Shown piece by piece: positions 11,459 through 20,653 of a DNA stretch of 64,000 nucleotides. The translations under genes were made by a program, and so were the position numbers. How positions within the stretch are numbered: position 1 is the first letter of the stretch; each line of letters opens with the position of its first letter. Location of the stretch: assembly GCA_964606895.1 (NCBI GenBank), contig CAZSHX010000005.1, positions 16,936-80,935 on the forward strand, given 5' to 3'. Source of the DNA: an uncultured Hyphomicrobiales bacterium (lineage in GTDB: Bacteria; Bacteroidota; Ignavibacteria; Kapaibacteriales; UBA2268). A model generated the notes under the pieces. It was not told the origin of the DNA and did not search any database. It was given only the letters and a program-made list of their open reading frames with translations.

Positions 11459-12493
11459 ATGAACAAAAGAACATCTCCAGCATCTCCCGACAAACTAAAA
11501 GAAGACGAATTCGATTCGGCTTTGAGACCAGTATCTTTTTCCGAATTTACCGGTCAAAGAAAATTGGTTGAAAACCTTAAGATTTTCATCGCCGCCGCAA
11601 AGAAGCGTGGGGAATCTTTAGACCATGTACTTCTAACCGGACCTCCGGGGCTTGGCAAAACTACCTTGAGTTATATCATTGCCAATGAGATGGGTAGCAG
11701 TATCAAAATCACTTCCGGTCCGGTTCTTGAAAAACCCGGGGATTTGGCAGGTATGCTAACAAATCTTGAAGAAGGCGATGTGCTTTTCATTGACGAAATA
11801 CACAGACTTTCTACCGTTGTCGAAGAGTATCTATATTCTGCAATGGAGGAATTTCGTCTTGATATCATGATTGATTCCGGTCCATCAGCAAGAACAATTC
11901 AGCTTACTCTGCCAAAGTTTACTTTGATTGGTGCAACAACCCGTGCCGGTTTGCTTTCAGCACCCCTCCGCTCCAGATTCGGCGTTTTCAATCGTCTCGA
12001 CTATTACCCGACTGAAGATTTGGTTCATGTAGTTATACGTTCCGCTGGATTGCTTGAAGTTCCGATTAACCGCGACGGTGCTTACGAAATTGCATCCCGC
12101 TCAAGAGGAACCCCAAGGATTTCAAACAGACTACTTAGAAGAACCCGCGATTTCGCTGAAATCAAAGGCAATGGCGAAGTTACCAAAGAAATTGCCGAAA
12201 TAGCACTTGCGGCTCTCGAAGTTGACGTTCTCGGCTTGGACGAAATGGACAAACGCATTATGCTGACAATCATCGAGAAATTCAAGGGCGGACCAGTCGG
12301 ACTTGGCACGATCGCTGTTGCCGTCGGTGAAGAACCCGGTACAATCGAGGAAGTTTACGAGCCTTTTCTGATTCTTCAGGGATTTCTGAACCGAACACCA
12401 CGAGGAAGAACGGCAACCCTTGCGGCTTACAAACATTTTGGTTACGACATGAAATCTTATTCCGACAACTCACTTTTTGAAGAAAATGCCTGA
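11459..12493 (+). CDS. ruvB: Holliday junction branch migration helicase RuvB
   Basis: 'LRP..F.EF.GQ', Walker A GPPGLGKT, 'FIDEIHR', 'SRGTPRI', 'RTPRGR'. Confidence 0.98.
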   Translation: MNKRTSPASPDKLKEDEFDSALRPVSFSEFTGQRKLVENLKIFIAAAKKRGESLDHVLLTGPPGLGKTTLSYIIANEMGSSIKITSGPVLEKPGDLAGMLTNLEEGDVLFIDEIHRLSTVVEEYLYSAMEEFRLDIMIDSGPSARTIQLTLPKFTLIGATTRAGLLSAPLRSRFGVFNRLDYYPTEDLVHVVIRSAGLLEVPINRDGAYEIASRSRGTPRISNRLLRRTRDFAEIKGNGEVTKEIAEIALAALEVDVLGLDEMDKRIMLTIIEKFKGGPVGLGTIAVAVGEEPGTIEEVYEPFLILQGFLNRTPRGRTATLAAYKHFGYDMKSYSDNSLFEENA

Positions 12494-12812
12494 CCTAAAA
12501 AATATATTCGAAAATCTTCCCGAAAACAATCAAGATGAAATTTTCGAGATTCTTGAAAGCGGTAAGAATTTCAAGATTGAAAGAATCATTTCTAACGGTC
12601 AGTCATCTCCCGCCGGCTTTTGGTACGACCAACCCCAAAATGAATGGGTGATTCTGCTCAAAGGTACAGCTTCGATACTTTTTGAAGGCGAAATTCTCGA
12701 AAAGGAATTGACACCAGGTGACTATTTATTAATCCCTGCCCGGAAAAAACACAGAGTCGAACGAACTTCGAACGAAGAAACCACAATTTGGCTTGCTGTT
12801 CATTTTGAATAA
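12486..12812 (+). CDS. Cupin domain protein
   Basis: '[27 protein letters not shown]', 'IPA.KKHRVE.TS', 'TIWLAVH'. Confidence 0.85.
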   Translation: MPDLKNIFENLPENNQDEIFEILESGKNFKIERIISNGQSSPAGFWYDQPQNEWVILLKGTASILFEGEILEKELTPGDYLLIPARKKHRVERTSNEETTIWLAVHFE

Positions 12813-12829
12813 TTTTTTTCTTCTACTGC

Positions 12830-12953
12830 ATTGCATCTTTTATTTTTCATAAAATATTCAATGTCTTTATCGCTTAAACTATTGATATTATTTCAAATAA
12901 CGATTTTTAAGCCATTGCATCTTTGAATGCAAAAAGATGCAATTGATGCAATT
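12830..12953. repeat. ~125-bp direct repeat, copy 1 (internally inverted TTGCATC/GATGCAA motifs)
   Basis: Matches 13570..13695; 23-bp core CTATTGATATTATTTCAAATAAC is identical. Confidence 0.85.
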
Positions 12954-13013
12954 TTTGATGTATATAATGCTATTCCAACTCCCTCTACCTTTGATGGAGA
13001 TTCATATTGATTT

Positions 13014-13235
13014 TTAAATCAACTCTTTAAATTCATTTACATTCAGATCGGTACTCCTGATAATATTAAAAAGAGTTCCCCTGTCTAAAGTTTTATGATT
13101 AGGAATTGTTATCTGAGAAAAGGGTTCTTCCCTCCTCATAATAATATGACTTCCGCTTTGTCTTTTTACGTGAAATCCTAATCTCTCCAAAGCGGCGACA
13201 CATTCCTTTCCTGATACCACAGGCAGGTAACTCAT
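13014..13235 (-). CDS. hicA: HicA-family toxin (mRNA interferase)
   Basis: 'LERLGF.VKRQSGSHIIM...TIPNH..L.RGTL..I'. Confidence 0.9.
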   Translation of the reverse strand: MSYLPVVSGKECVAALERLGFHVKRQSGSHIIMRREEPFSQITIPNHKTLDRGTLFNIIRSTDLNVNEFKELI

Positions 13236-13438
13236 ACAACCAATGACATTAATTCATATTTTTCTTCAGGCACATCTAAGCCATCTTCTTCTAAACATTC
13301 TATGTAAAGTTCAATAGCTTCTTTAATATTCGAAATGGCCTCGGATTTTGTCTGTCCCTGAGATATACAGCCCGGTAAAGAAGGACATTCAACCACCCAA
13401 TAACCGTCTTCCCCGGGATATAAAACTATCTGCCGCAT
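13232..13438 (-). CDS. hicB: HicB-family antitoxin (short form, no C-terminal DNA-binding domain)
   Basis: 'EDGYWVVECPSLPGCISQGQT..EA..NIKEAI.LY'; 4-bp overlap with hicA. Confidence 0.9.
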   Translation of the reverse strand: MRQIVLYPGEDGYWVVECPSLPGCISQGQTKSEAISNIKEAIELYIECLEEDGLDVPEEKYELMSLVV

Positions 13439-13569
13439 TTTGACCTCAAAATTAAATTTGTTTACAGTGTAATTTGTTTATCGGGATGAAGATTCCCGTT
13501 AAACAAAAAATATGACGAATACTTAAATCAAATATGATAAAAACTAATGAAACTACCTTTCTTTCCAAA

Positions 13570-13695
13570 ATTGCATCTTTTTATTTTTTTTAAGTAAAGA
13601 TACAATTAATTATCATCTAACCTATTGATATTATTTCAAATAACAGTTTTTGAGCCATTGCATCATTGGATGCAAAAAGATGCAAAGATGCAATT
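13570..13695. repeat. ~125-bp direct repeat, copy 2
   Basis: Matches 12830..12953; the two copies bracket hicBA. Confidence 0.85.
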
Positions 13696-13817
13696 CTTAT
13701 CGCCCACTCCAAGAATGGAGAGGGTTGGTGTGAGGTTGACTAACTTTCAATGAACGAGTTCAAAAATAATAAACGAAAAGAATGATTATTTATTGCCGCA
13801 ATATAAGAGTAAATATA

Positions 13818-15491
13818 TTATATTTTTATAAATTTCCCAACTTTATCCCCTACTCTCACAAAATAAACGCCTGACGGCAAACCCGATACGTCAATCTTCT
13901 GTCCTCCGCCGGGGGAGGTGTCTGCGGAGCAGACGGAGGTGGAAACTGCTTCACCAAAGACATTGAAGATGCGGATTTTATTTGAAGAACCTTCCGAAGG
14001 TTCCAAACCTTCGGAAGGTTTAGTTATTTCTATGAAATCTGTGGCGGGGTTGGGTTGAATGAAAGAACTATGTAATTGATTTTCTTTCTCAAAATTAATC
14101 GAATTCGGTACTTCAACAACGATAATATTATTTTTAATTAATGTATCCGATCTTTGACCATCCGAAACAATAAGTTCAACAGTATAATTACCTTTTTGTT
14201 TGTACTGATGAACAGGATTCTTCAGAGTTGAGGTATTTCCATCTCCGAAATTCCAGCGATATGATGTTGGTTCACCCGGGGATAAATTAAAAAAAGAAAC
14301 TGAGTCCATTAGTTTAATATTATAGCTGTCGGCTGTGAATCTGGCTTCGAATTTACTCAATATACTATCAATATAGAATTTTCTTAAAATGCCGGTAGTT
14401 GAATTCACATAGAACCATAAACTATCACGGACTAAATTAATCTTCAAAAGCTTCTCGTCTCCATAAGTTTGAACATTAATTGTGTCAAAAACATCAAAAT
14501 TTTCGGACAAATGAAGTCTGACTACGGAACTATCAATTGAAATCAAATATTTATCATTATTTGAGTAAGAAAAGTCTATTAAAGGAACACTCATTATTGC
14601 ATACTTGCCATAAGTTTTTGTTTGAAGGTCAAGTCGGTATGTTCCTTTATTATAAATAACTTCATCCTTATACGGATGAGCCTTAAAATCCGATAAGTTT
14701 TCAGGACCATATTGGCTCTCACTTCCTCCATTTTGAATATCCCAATAGGAACTTGAACCACTTTCAATAATTTTTTTATAAGTTGAATCATAAATATAAA
14801 AATTTGAATGCGTATTAAATGATATCAGCCCGTTATTAAAAAACTTATAATCATAATCTCCACCAAAACCAAAAAACTTTGGATTATCTGATATAATAAA
14901 GTCATCACCTGCCGAGCCATATGATACTATTGATTTATCAATTAAATCGGTTTCTGTTCTATAAATTTCCAATGCACCACCTGTAACAGAAGGATTTCCA
15001 TCCCATGACCCTTTGCGGGATAATGCATATACAGTGTCATCCTTTAATAATTTCACATTGCAGTCTAATAATAGAAGCCAGCGATTACCATCCCAAAGAT
15101 CACCTAAATTATTTATTCTAATATTAGTATCTTTATCAAATAAATATTTTCGCAAGGTAGTAGGATGAGCAGGATAAGTGTACCAATCAGATGGAAAAAT
15201 AAGTAGATCACCGGAGTCTGTAATATCACCGTCAAGTGTAAAATAGAATTTTAATTTGACGGATTTATTTAAATTTCCGATTTTTAAATCATAAAAGAAA
15301 ATTGTAGAATCTTTTGTAGTATAAGCTTTATCGCCATTTTTTGAAATCTTTATTAAGTAACCAACAAAATTTGTATCTAACTCCTGATACTTTCCTTTAT
15401 TCAGCCATTTGCCGTTCAGATTTTGGCAGGTAAAAGAAATTACCAGCATAATAATGATGGCTTTGCAGGTCAGAGATAATAGCTTAATCAT
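13818..15491 (-). CDS. T9SS-secreted protein with PKD domain
   Basis: Signal peptide; PKD 'YRWNFGDGNTSTLKNPVHQY..KGNYTV.L.V'; CTD 'QPNPATD...IDVSGLPSGVYFVRV'. Confidence 0.85.
   Translation of the reverse strand: MIKLLSLTCKAIIIMLVISFTCQNLNGKWLNKGKYQELDTNFVGYLIKISKNGDKAYTTKDSTIFFYDLKIGNLNKSVKLKFYFTLDGDITDSGDLLIFPSDWYTYPAHPTTLRKYLFDKDTNIRINNLGDLWDGNRWLLLLDCNVKLLKDDTVYALSRKGSWDGNPSVTGGALEIYRTETDLIDKSIVSYGSAGDDFIISDNPKFFGFGGDYDYKFFNNGLISFNTHSNFYIYDSTYKKIIESGSSSYWDIQNGGSESQYGPENLSDFKAHPYKDEVIYNKGTYRLDLQTKTYGKYAIMSVPLIDFSYSNNDKYLISIDSSVVRLHLSENFDVFDTINVQTYGDEKLLKINLVRDSLWFYVNSTTGILRKFYIDSILSKFEARFTADSYNIKLMDSVSFFNLSPGEPTSYRWNFGDGNTSTLKNPVHQYKQKGNYTVELIVSDGQRSDTLIKNNIIVVEVPNSINFEKENQLHSSFIQPNPATDFIEITKPSEGLEPSEGSSNKIRIFNVFGEAVSTSVCSADTSPGGGQKIDVSGLPSGVYFVRVGDKVGKFIKI
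13988..14020. repeat. REP-like palindrome inside the CDS (AACCTTCCGAAGGTT-CCA-AACCTTCGGAAGGTT)
   Basis: Perfect 15-bp inverted repeat, 33 bp in total, in frame. Confidence 0.85.
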
Positions 15492-15628
15492 ATTTAAAAT
15501 CCCAAAATAAAAATAAGTTTTTTAAAATTTGTCACTCTCCAATATACTAAGACACATGAAACGCAAAAACGTCTCACACTTTTTTCAAAATAATTGAAAA
15601 AAGTGAAAATAATTTTTTTTATAAAGAT

Positions 15629-15912
15629 TTGGCTAAAGCCTAAAGAGTATTATTTACATTGAACCACTAGCTAAAGCTTGTGGTAATTCAAAAAATAGAT
15701 ATGAGCTATCTTGTTGAATTACCGATGTATTATAGTTGCGATAGATGTCCTAATTCTGTCAGATGTAGGACATCTAAGAATAAATTTTCCAAAAATCCTC
15801 TTAATCCACAAATCCGTTAAATCCGTGATTCAGATATTCGAATTGTCACGACTTTTATGTAGAGGGAAGATTGCCTGCATCTGACAGAATTTAATCGCAT
15901 TAATCCGCAATT
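15629..15912. repeat. Intergenic mosaic of REP-like palindromes
   Basis: GGCTAAAGCC; ACCACTAGCTAAAGCTTGTGGT; TAGATGTCCTA...TAGGACATCTA; ATTCTGTCAGATGTAGG with its inverse CCTGCATCTGACAGAAT; AATCC-periodic tract. Confidence 0.7.
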
Positions 15913-15913
15913 C

Positions 15914-15949
15914 AAAAAAAAGGGACACAGTAATCTGAGTCCCTTTTTT
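15914..15949 (-). terminator. Intrinsic terminator of the pnp operon
   Basis: A-run-GGGAC...GTCCC-T-run hairpin just downstream of pnp. Confidence 0.75.
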
Positions 15950-15970
15950 AAAAAAATCCAATAAAGAAGT

Positions 15971-18208
15971 TTATCTTCTGCCGCCGCGATCGCCGCCACG
16001 GTCTCTGTTGTAACCGCCACCACGTGAATCACGTCTGTCGCCGCCACTGCGTTGTTCGCGCTGTGCATTTCTTTCGCGGGCTTCTTCAAGTTCTTCGGGA
16101 GTCATTGTCAAAGCTTTGATGCTGAGTCTGTATTTCCCGTCGTAAGTCATATCAACAAGCATAACTTCAACTTTATCGCCAACTCTAAGTACATCGGAAA
16201 CGTTTTCAACTCTGTCTCTGGAGATTTCAGAAATATGAAGGAGACCTTTGGTTTTAGGAAGGAATTCGACAATTGCACCCAAACCTTCTTTGATTTCCTT
16301 AATCTCACCTTTATATATTTCGCCTCTTTCAGGAGACCTGAAACTGGCTTCAATTCTCTTTTGAGCTTCTGCCGCGGCTTCTGCCGAAGTAGCAGAAATT
16401 GTAACTGTTCCGTTGTCTTCAATATTTATTTCTGTACCTGTTTCGCGAGTGATAGCACGAATATTTTCTCCACCCGAACCGATAACGGCACCGATTTTAT
16501 CCTGAGGAATCTGAATGATTGTGAACCGTGGAGCATAAGGCGAAAGCTCTTCGCTTACGCTTGGTAATGTTTCATTCATAATTGAAAGAATATGCAATCT
16601 TCCTTCTTTTGCCTGATTCAAAGCTGTTTTCATGATTTCAAGGCTTAAGCCTTCAATTTTAATATCCATTTGGCAGGCTGTGATTCCTTCGCCGGTACCT
16701 GTAACCTTAAAGTCCATGTCGCCTAAAAAGTCTTCGTCGCCTAAAATATCACTCAAAACTGCGAATTTATCACCTTCGAGAATCAATCCCATTGCAATTC
16801 CTGCAACAGCTTTTTTCATAGGAACACCGGCATTGAAAAGTGCAAGACTTCCTGCACAAACCGTTGCCATCGAAGAAGAGCCGTTAGATTCCAGGATGTC
16901 AGAAACGATTCTGATAGTATAAGGGAAATCTGCCTGTTCGGGAGTAACGATTTTCAAAGCTCTTTCGGCAAGGTTACCGTGACCGATTTCTCTTCTGCTT
17001 GTTCCTGTCATTCTTCCGGTTTCGCCGGTGCTGAATGGTGGGAAGTTATAATGCAGAAGGAATCTGTTGGTATAAAGCGGCATTAAGCCGTCAACCATTT
17101 GCTCGTCGCTTTTGGTTCCTAAAGTTACCGTGGTTAAACTCTGAGTTTCCCCACGTGTAAAGAGTGCCGAGCCGTGAGTTCTTGGAAGCAGACCAACTTC
17201 GCAGTTGATTGGGCGGATTTGGATTAAACCTCTGCCGTCGAGTCTGATGTTGTCATCAAGAATCATCTGTCTCATCGAAGCTTTTTCAAGTTTGCTAATA
17301 ATTGCGTCAGTTATTTTCAATAATTTTTTAAGTTCATCTTCAGTTGCATCAGCATGTGCTTCTTTAACCTTTTCAGCCGCCATTTCGCCAAGTTTGATTC
17401 TCTTGTCGGTACGTTCTGATTTTGTAGTAACTGTATGAACATAACTATGAAGTTCTTCACTAATTGTTGCTTTGATTAATGCAACTAATTCTTCGGGAGG
17501 AGTATCGTCGTTAACTTCTCTTTTAGGTTTGGCAGCAAGTTCAAAAAGTTGTTTCTGAAGGTTGTTGAGCTCTTTAATTTTTGTATGAGCAAATTCAAGA
17601 GCAAGAACGAAAACGTCTTCAGTGATTTCCTTGCTTTCGCCTTCAACCATAACTATGGAAGTGTCAGTTCCTGCAACTGTCATATCAATTTCTGATAATT
17701 CAAGTTGTTCAACCGAAGGATTCACAACAAATTCGCCGTCAATTCTTCCAACTCTGACTTCAGAAATCGGACCGTGAAAAGGAATGTCAGAAAGCATAAG
17801 TGCGGCTGAAGCACCAACAGCGGCTAAAGTATCGGGGTTAACAGCAGGTTCGGCAGAGAAAACTGTTGCTACGACCTGAGTGTCATATTTCCATGCTTTT
17901 GTAATCATGGGACGAATAGGGCGGTCAATAAGCCTTGCAGAAAGGATTTCCTTTTCGCTTGGTCTGCCTTCTCTTTTCAGAAAGCCACCCGGGATTTTGC
18001 CTGCTGAGGCGATTTTTTCACGATATTCCACCTGAAGCGGAAGATAATCTATTTCCGGTAGTTCTTTTGTAGATGCAACCGCAGTGACCAACACCATAGT
18101 GTCGCCACATCTTACCATCACTGCGCCGCTTGCAAATTTTGCAAACCTGCCTGTTTCGAGGGAGTATTCTTTTCCGTCGAAATCAATTGAAACTAAATGT
18201 TTTGCCAT
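15971..18208 (-). CDS. pnp: Polyribonucleotide nucleotidyltransferase
   Basis: 'GKIPGGF.KREG', 'RTHGSALFTRGETQ', 'ESNGSSSMA', KH and S1 domains. Confidence 0.98.
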   Translation of the reverse strand: MAKHLVSIDFDGKEYSLETGRFAKFASGAVMVRCGDTMVLVTAVASTKELPEIDYLPLQVEYREKIASAGKIPGGFLKREGRPSEKEILSARLIDRPIRPMITKAWKYDTQVVATVFSAEPAVNPDTLAAVGASAALMLSDIPFHGPISEVRVGRIDGEFVVNPSVEQLELSEIDMTVAGTDTSIVMVEGESKEITEDVFVLALEFAHTKIKELNNLQKQLFELAAKPKREVNDDTPPEELVALIKATISEELHSYVHTVTTKSERTDKRIKLGEMAAEKVKEAHADATEDELKKLLKITDAIISKLEKASMRQMILDDNIRLDGRGLIQIRPINCEVGLLPRTHGSALFTRGETQSLTTVTLGTKSDEQMVDGLMPLYTNRFLLHYNFPPFSTGETGRMTGTSRREIGHGNLAERALKIVTPEQADFPYTIRIVSDILESNGSSSMATVCAGSLALFNAGVPMKKAVAGIAMGLILEGDKFAVLSDILGDEDFLGDMDFKVTGTGEGITACQMDIKIEGLSLEIMKTALNQAKEGRLHILSIMNETLPSVSEELSPYAPRFTIIQIPQDKIGAVIGSGGENIRAITRETGTEINIEDNGTVTISATSAEAAAEAQKRIEASFRSPERGEIYKGEIKEIKEGLGAIVEFLPKTKGLLHISEISRDRVENVSDVLRVGDKVEVMLVDMTYDGKYRLSIKALTMTPEELEEARERNAQREQRSGGDRRDSRGGGYNRDRGGDRGGRR

Positions 18209-18303
18209 TTTAAATCTCTTTAAATAAATGTATATAGAAACGAAAAAAGCGGTAATCTGTTTGAAATTAATACCGCTTAATTTTTTACTGATATTTTAAT
18301 GCG

Positions 18304-18570
18304 TCATTTTCTTAGTGATAAAGCCGCAATAATCTGACGATAACGAGTAATGTCAGTTCTTGAAAGATAGCTGAGAAGCTTTCTTCTTTTGCTTACGAGC
18401 TGAATAAGACCGCGACGGCTGTGATGATCCTTCTTGTGCGATTCAAGATGGTGTGTCAGGTCGTTGATTCTGGCTGTAAAAATTGCAACCTGAACCTCTG
18501 AAACACCGGTATTTGCAGGACTCCCACCGTGTTTTTGTATTATTTCAGCTTTTTGTTCTTGATAAATCAT
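18304..18570 (-). CDS. rpsO: 30S ribosomal protein S15
   Basis: 'TGVSEVQVA', '[21 protein letters not shown]'. Confidence 0.98.
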   Translation of the reverse strand: MIYQEQKAEIIQKHGGSPANTGVSEVQVAIFTARINDLTHHLESHKKDHHSRRGLIQLVSKRRKLLSYLSRTDITRYRQIIAALSLRK

Positions 18571-18619
18571 TATTCCAATCTCCGAAAATATATGAATTAC
18601 AAATATAAGGAATTATTTT

Positions 18620-19561
18620 CTAATAATAAAACTCAGGAATTAAATTTCTGCAAAATTCTTCATCCTGCTTCAATTGTCCCAAAAATGACTCTAACGAAAA
18701 GAACTTCTTTTCTTCCCTTACAAACTTTAAAAATGAGACACTTATGGCATTGTCATAAATATTTTTGTCGAAATCAAAGAAGAAAATTTCGAGTACCGGT
18801 TCGGTGTTATTTGTGAATGTAGGTCTGAGACCTATATTTGCCATGCCGTATTCAGTTTTAAAATCAACAGTTGCTTTAACCAGATAAACCCCGTTTGCAG
18901 GAAAAAGTTTATACTCATCTGCCGGCTGAACGTTTGCAGTCGGGTAACCGATTGTATTTCCTCTTCTGTCGCCATAGACGACCTTGCCGTCAACAAAATA
19001 TTTATATCCGAGATAGTTGTTGGCAACGGTCAGATGACCTTCTGCAAGAGCATGCCTGATTTTTGTACTCGAAACTATGACTCTTTCATTTTCCAGAGCG
19101 GATATGGTTTCAAGTGAAAAATCAAATTCTTTACTCATTTGAGAGAGTAAGTGTTCATTGCCTTCACGGTTTTTGCCAAATAAATGGTCATAACCAATAA
19201 GAACTTTCTTCAGTCCTATTTGCTTAACAAGATAATCTCTGACAAAAACTTCAGGATTCAATTCAGAAAATTCCTTAGTGAAGTTGATTATCAAGAGATT
19301 TTTAACTCCAAAAGATTCGAAAAGTTTAATTCTTTCCGAAATTGAAGTTAGCAATTTTATTGGTTGATTATTTTTTTGGAGAACTATCTGAGGATGAGGT
19401 TCAAATGTAATTACAAGATGACGAAGATTCTCATTTCGGGATATCTCGAGCAAACGGTTTATGATAACCTGATGACCAAGGTGAATGCCGTCAAATGTTC
19501 CGGTTGTAATAACCGTTTCTTTATTAAATTCAATTTCCGAAAAATCTCTGTAAATATTCAT
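18620..19561 (-). CDS. ribF: Bifunctional riboflavin kinase/FAD synthetase
   Basis: 'GTFDGIHLGHQ', 'SSTKIR', 'G.RRGNTIGYPTAN', 'G.RPTF'. Confidence 0.96.
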   Translation of the reverse strand: MNIYRDFSEIEFNKETVITTGTFDGIHLGHQVIINRLLEISRNENLRHLVITFEPHPQIVLQKNNQPIKLLTSISERIKLFESFGVKNLLIINFTKEFSELNPEVFVRDYLVKQIGLKKVLIGYDHLFGKNREGNEHLLSQMSKEFDFSLETISALENERVIVSSTKIRHALAEGHLTVANNYLGYKYFVDGKVVYGDRRGNTIGYPTANVQPADEYKLFPANGVYLVKATVDFKTEYGMANIGLRPTFTNNTEPVLEIFFFDFDKNIYDNAISVSFLKFVREEKKFFSLESFLGQLKQDEEFCRNLIPEFYY

Positions 19562-19585
19562 GTTATCTAAAATTTTGTCAAATAG

Positions 19586-20299
19586 TTAGATTTGAACGAA
19601 TAATTCTTGAAATTCTTTTATTGTCAATGCATTATCAACCGAAACCGAACCGATTGCAGTTCTTCTGAGTGAGTGCAGATAGCCGCCCGTACCGAGTTTT
19701 TCGCCTAAATCATTAGCAATAGAGCGGATGTAAGTACCTTTGGTACAAACAATTTCGAAATCAATAAACGGAAGATTAATTTCAGTAATATCAAATTTCA
19801 GTACTTCAACTTCTGCCGGTTTAATTTCAACTTCCTGATTTCTGCGTGCATACATATAGAGTGGTTTGCCCTTAACTTTTTTAGCTGAGAAAATCGGTGG
19901 TGTCTGCAAAATTTTACCAAGAAATTGCTTTCTCATTTCGAGAATATCTTCAGGATTTATTGAAGAAAAATCAGTCAGATTTTCTTCTTCTGCTTCTCTG
20001 TCGTAGGTAATTGTTGTTGCACCGATTTTTATTGTGCCTTTGTATGTTTTGTCGAGGTCCTGAAATTCTGAAATTCTTTTCGTGGTTTTTCCAACGGCAA
20101 CGATAAGCAATCCTGTAGCAAATGGGTCTAAAGTGCCTGCATGACCAACTTTTTTGATATGAGTTATACCGCGGATTTTCCCGCAAACATCGAAAGAAGT
20201 CCAGTCAATATCTTTATCTATAAGACAAAATCCACCCGAATCATTAAGTGAAGTTAGCCATTCACTAAAATTATCAAGTGAGTTTTTTTCTAAAAACAT
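19586..20299 (-). CDS. truB: tRNA pseudouridine(55) synthase
   Basis: 'KVGHAGTLDPFATGLL', 'KGTYIRS'. Confidence 0.96.
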   Translation of the reverse strand: MFLEKNSLDNFSEWLTSLNDSGGFCLIDKDIDWTSFDVCGKIRGITHIKKVGHAGTLDPFATGLLIVAVGKTTKRISEFQDLDKTYKGTIKIGATTITYDREAEEENLTDFSSINPEDILEMRKQFLGKILQTPPIFSAKKVKGKPLYMYARRNQEVEIKPAEVEVLKFDITEINLPFIDFEIVCTKGTYIRSIANDLGEKLGTGGYLHSLRRTAIGSVSVDNALTIKEFQELFVQI

Positions 20300-20301
20300 G
20301 A

Positions 20302-20652
20302 TTAAGCTTCTTGAATGGGTTTGACGGAGTCAATAAGTTTCTGGATTCTTTCCATTTGGTCGAGTGTATCGTCAATAAAGAATTTCAAATCGGGAGTGTG
20401 ACGAAGCCGAACCTGATGGGCAACAGCAGATTTAAGGGTTCTTTTGTTGTTTTCAAGATGGTCAATAAAATCGCTTGTAGATATTTTGCCACCGTAAGAA
20501 CTTAGGTAAACTTTAGCTATCTGCAAATCATTTGACATTCTGACGGCAGTAATCGTAACCAAACCTGCAGAAAACTCTGAAGCCAGCGAGTGAATCTCGC
20601 CGGCTAAAGTTTTTTTAACTGAACTTGCGACTTTATCTGTTCTTATTGACAT
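20302..20652 (-). CDS. rbfA: Ribosome-binding factor A
   Basis: 'DLQIAKVY', 'LRHTPDLKFFIDD'; located between infB and truB. Confidence 0.93.
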   Translation of the reverse strand: MSIRTDKVASSVKKTLAGEIHSLASEFSAGLVTITAVRMSNDLQIAKVYLSSYGGKISTSDFIDHLENNKRTLKSAVAHQVRLRHTPDLKFFIDDTLDQMERIQKLIDSVKPIQEA

Positions 20653-20653
20653 T

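Noticed and set aside
15817-16089. 90-aa ORF overlapping the pnp 3' end, plus other short antisense or overlapping ORFs in the track
   Set aside because: Alternative-frame shadows of well-supported genes, with no motifs or RBS.
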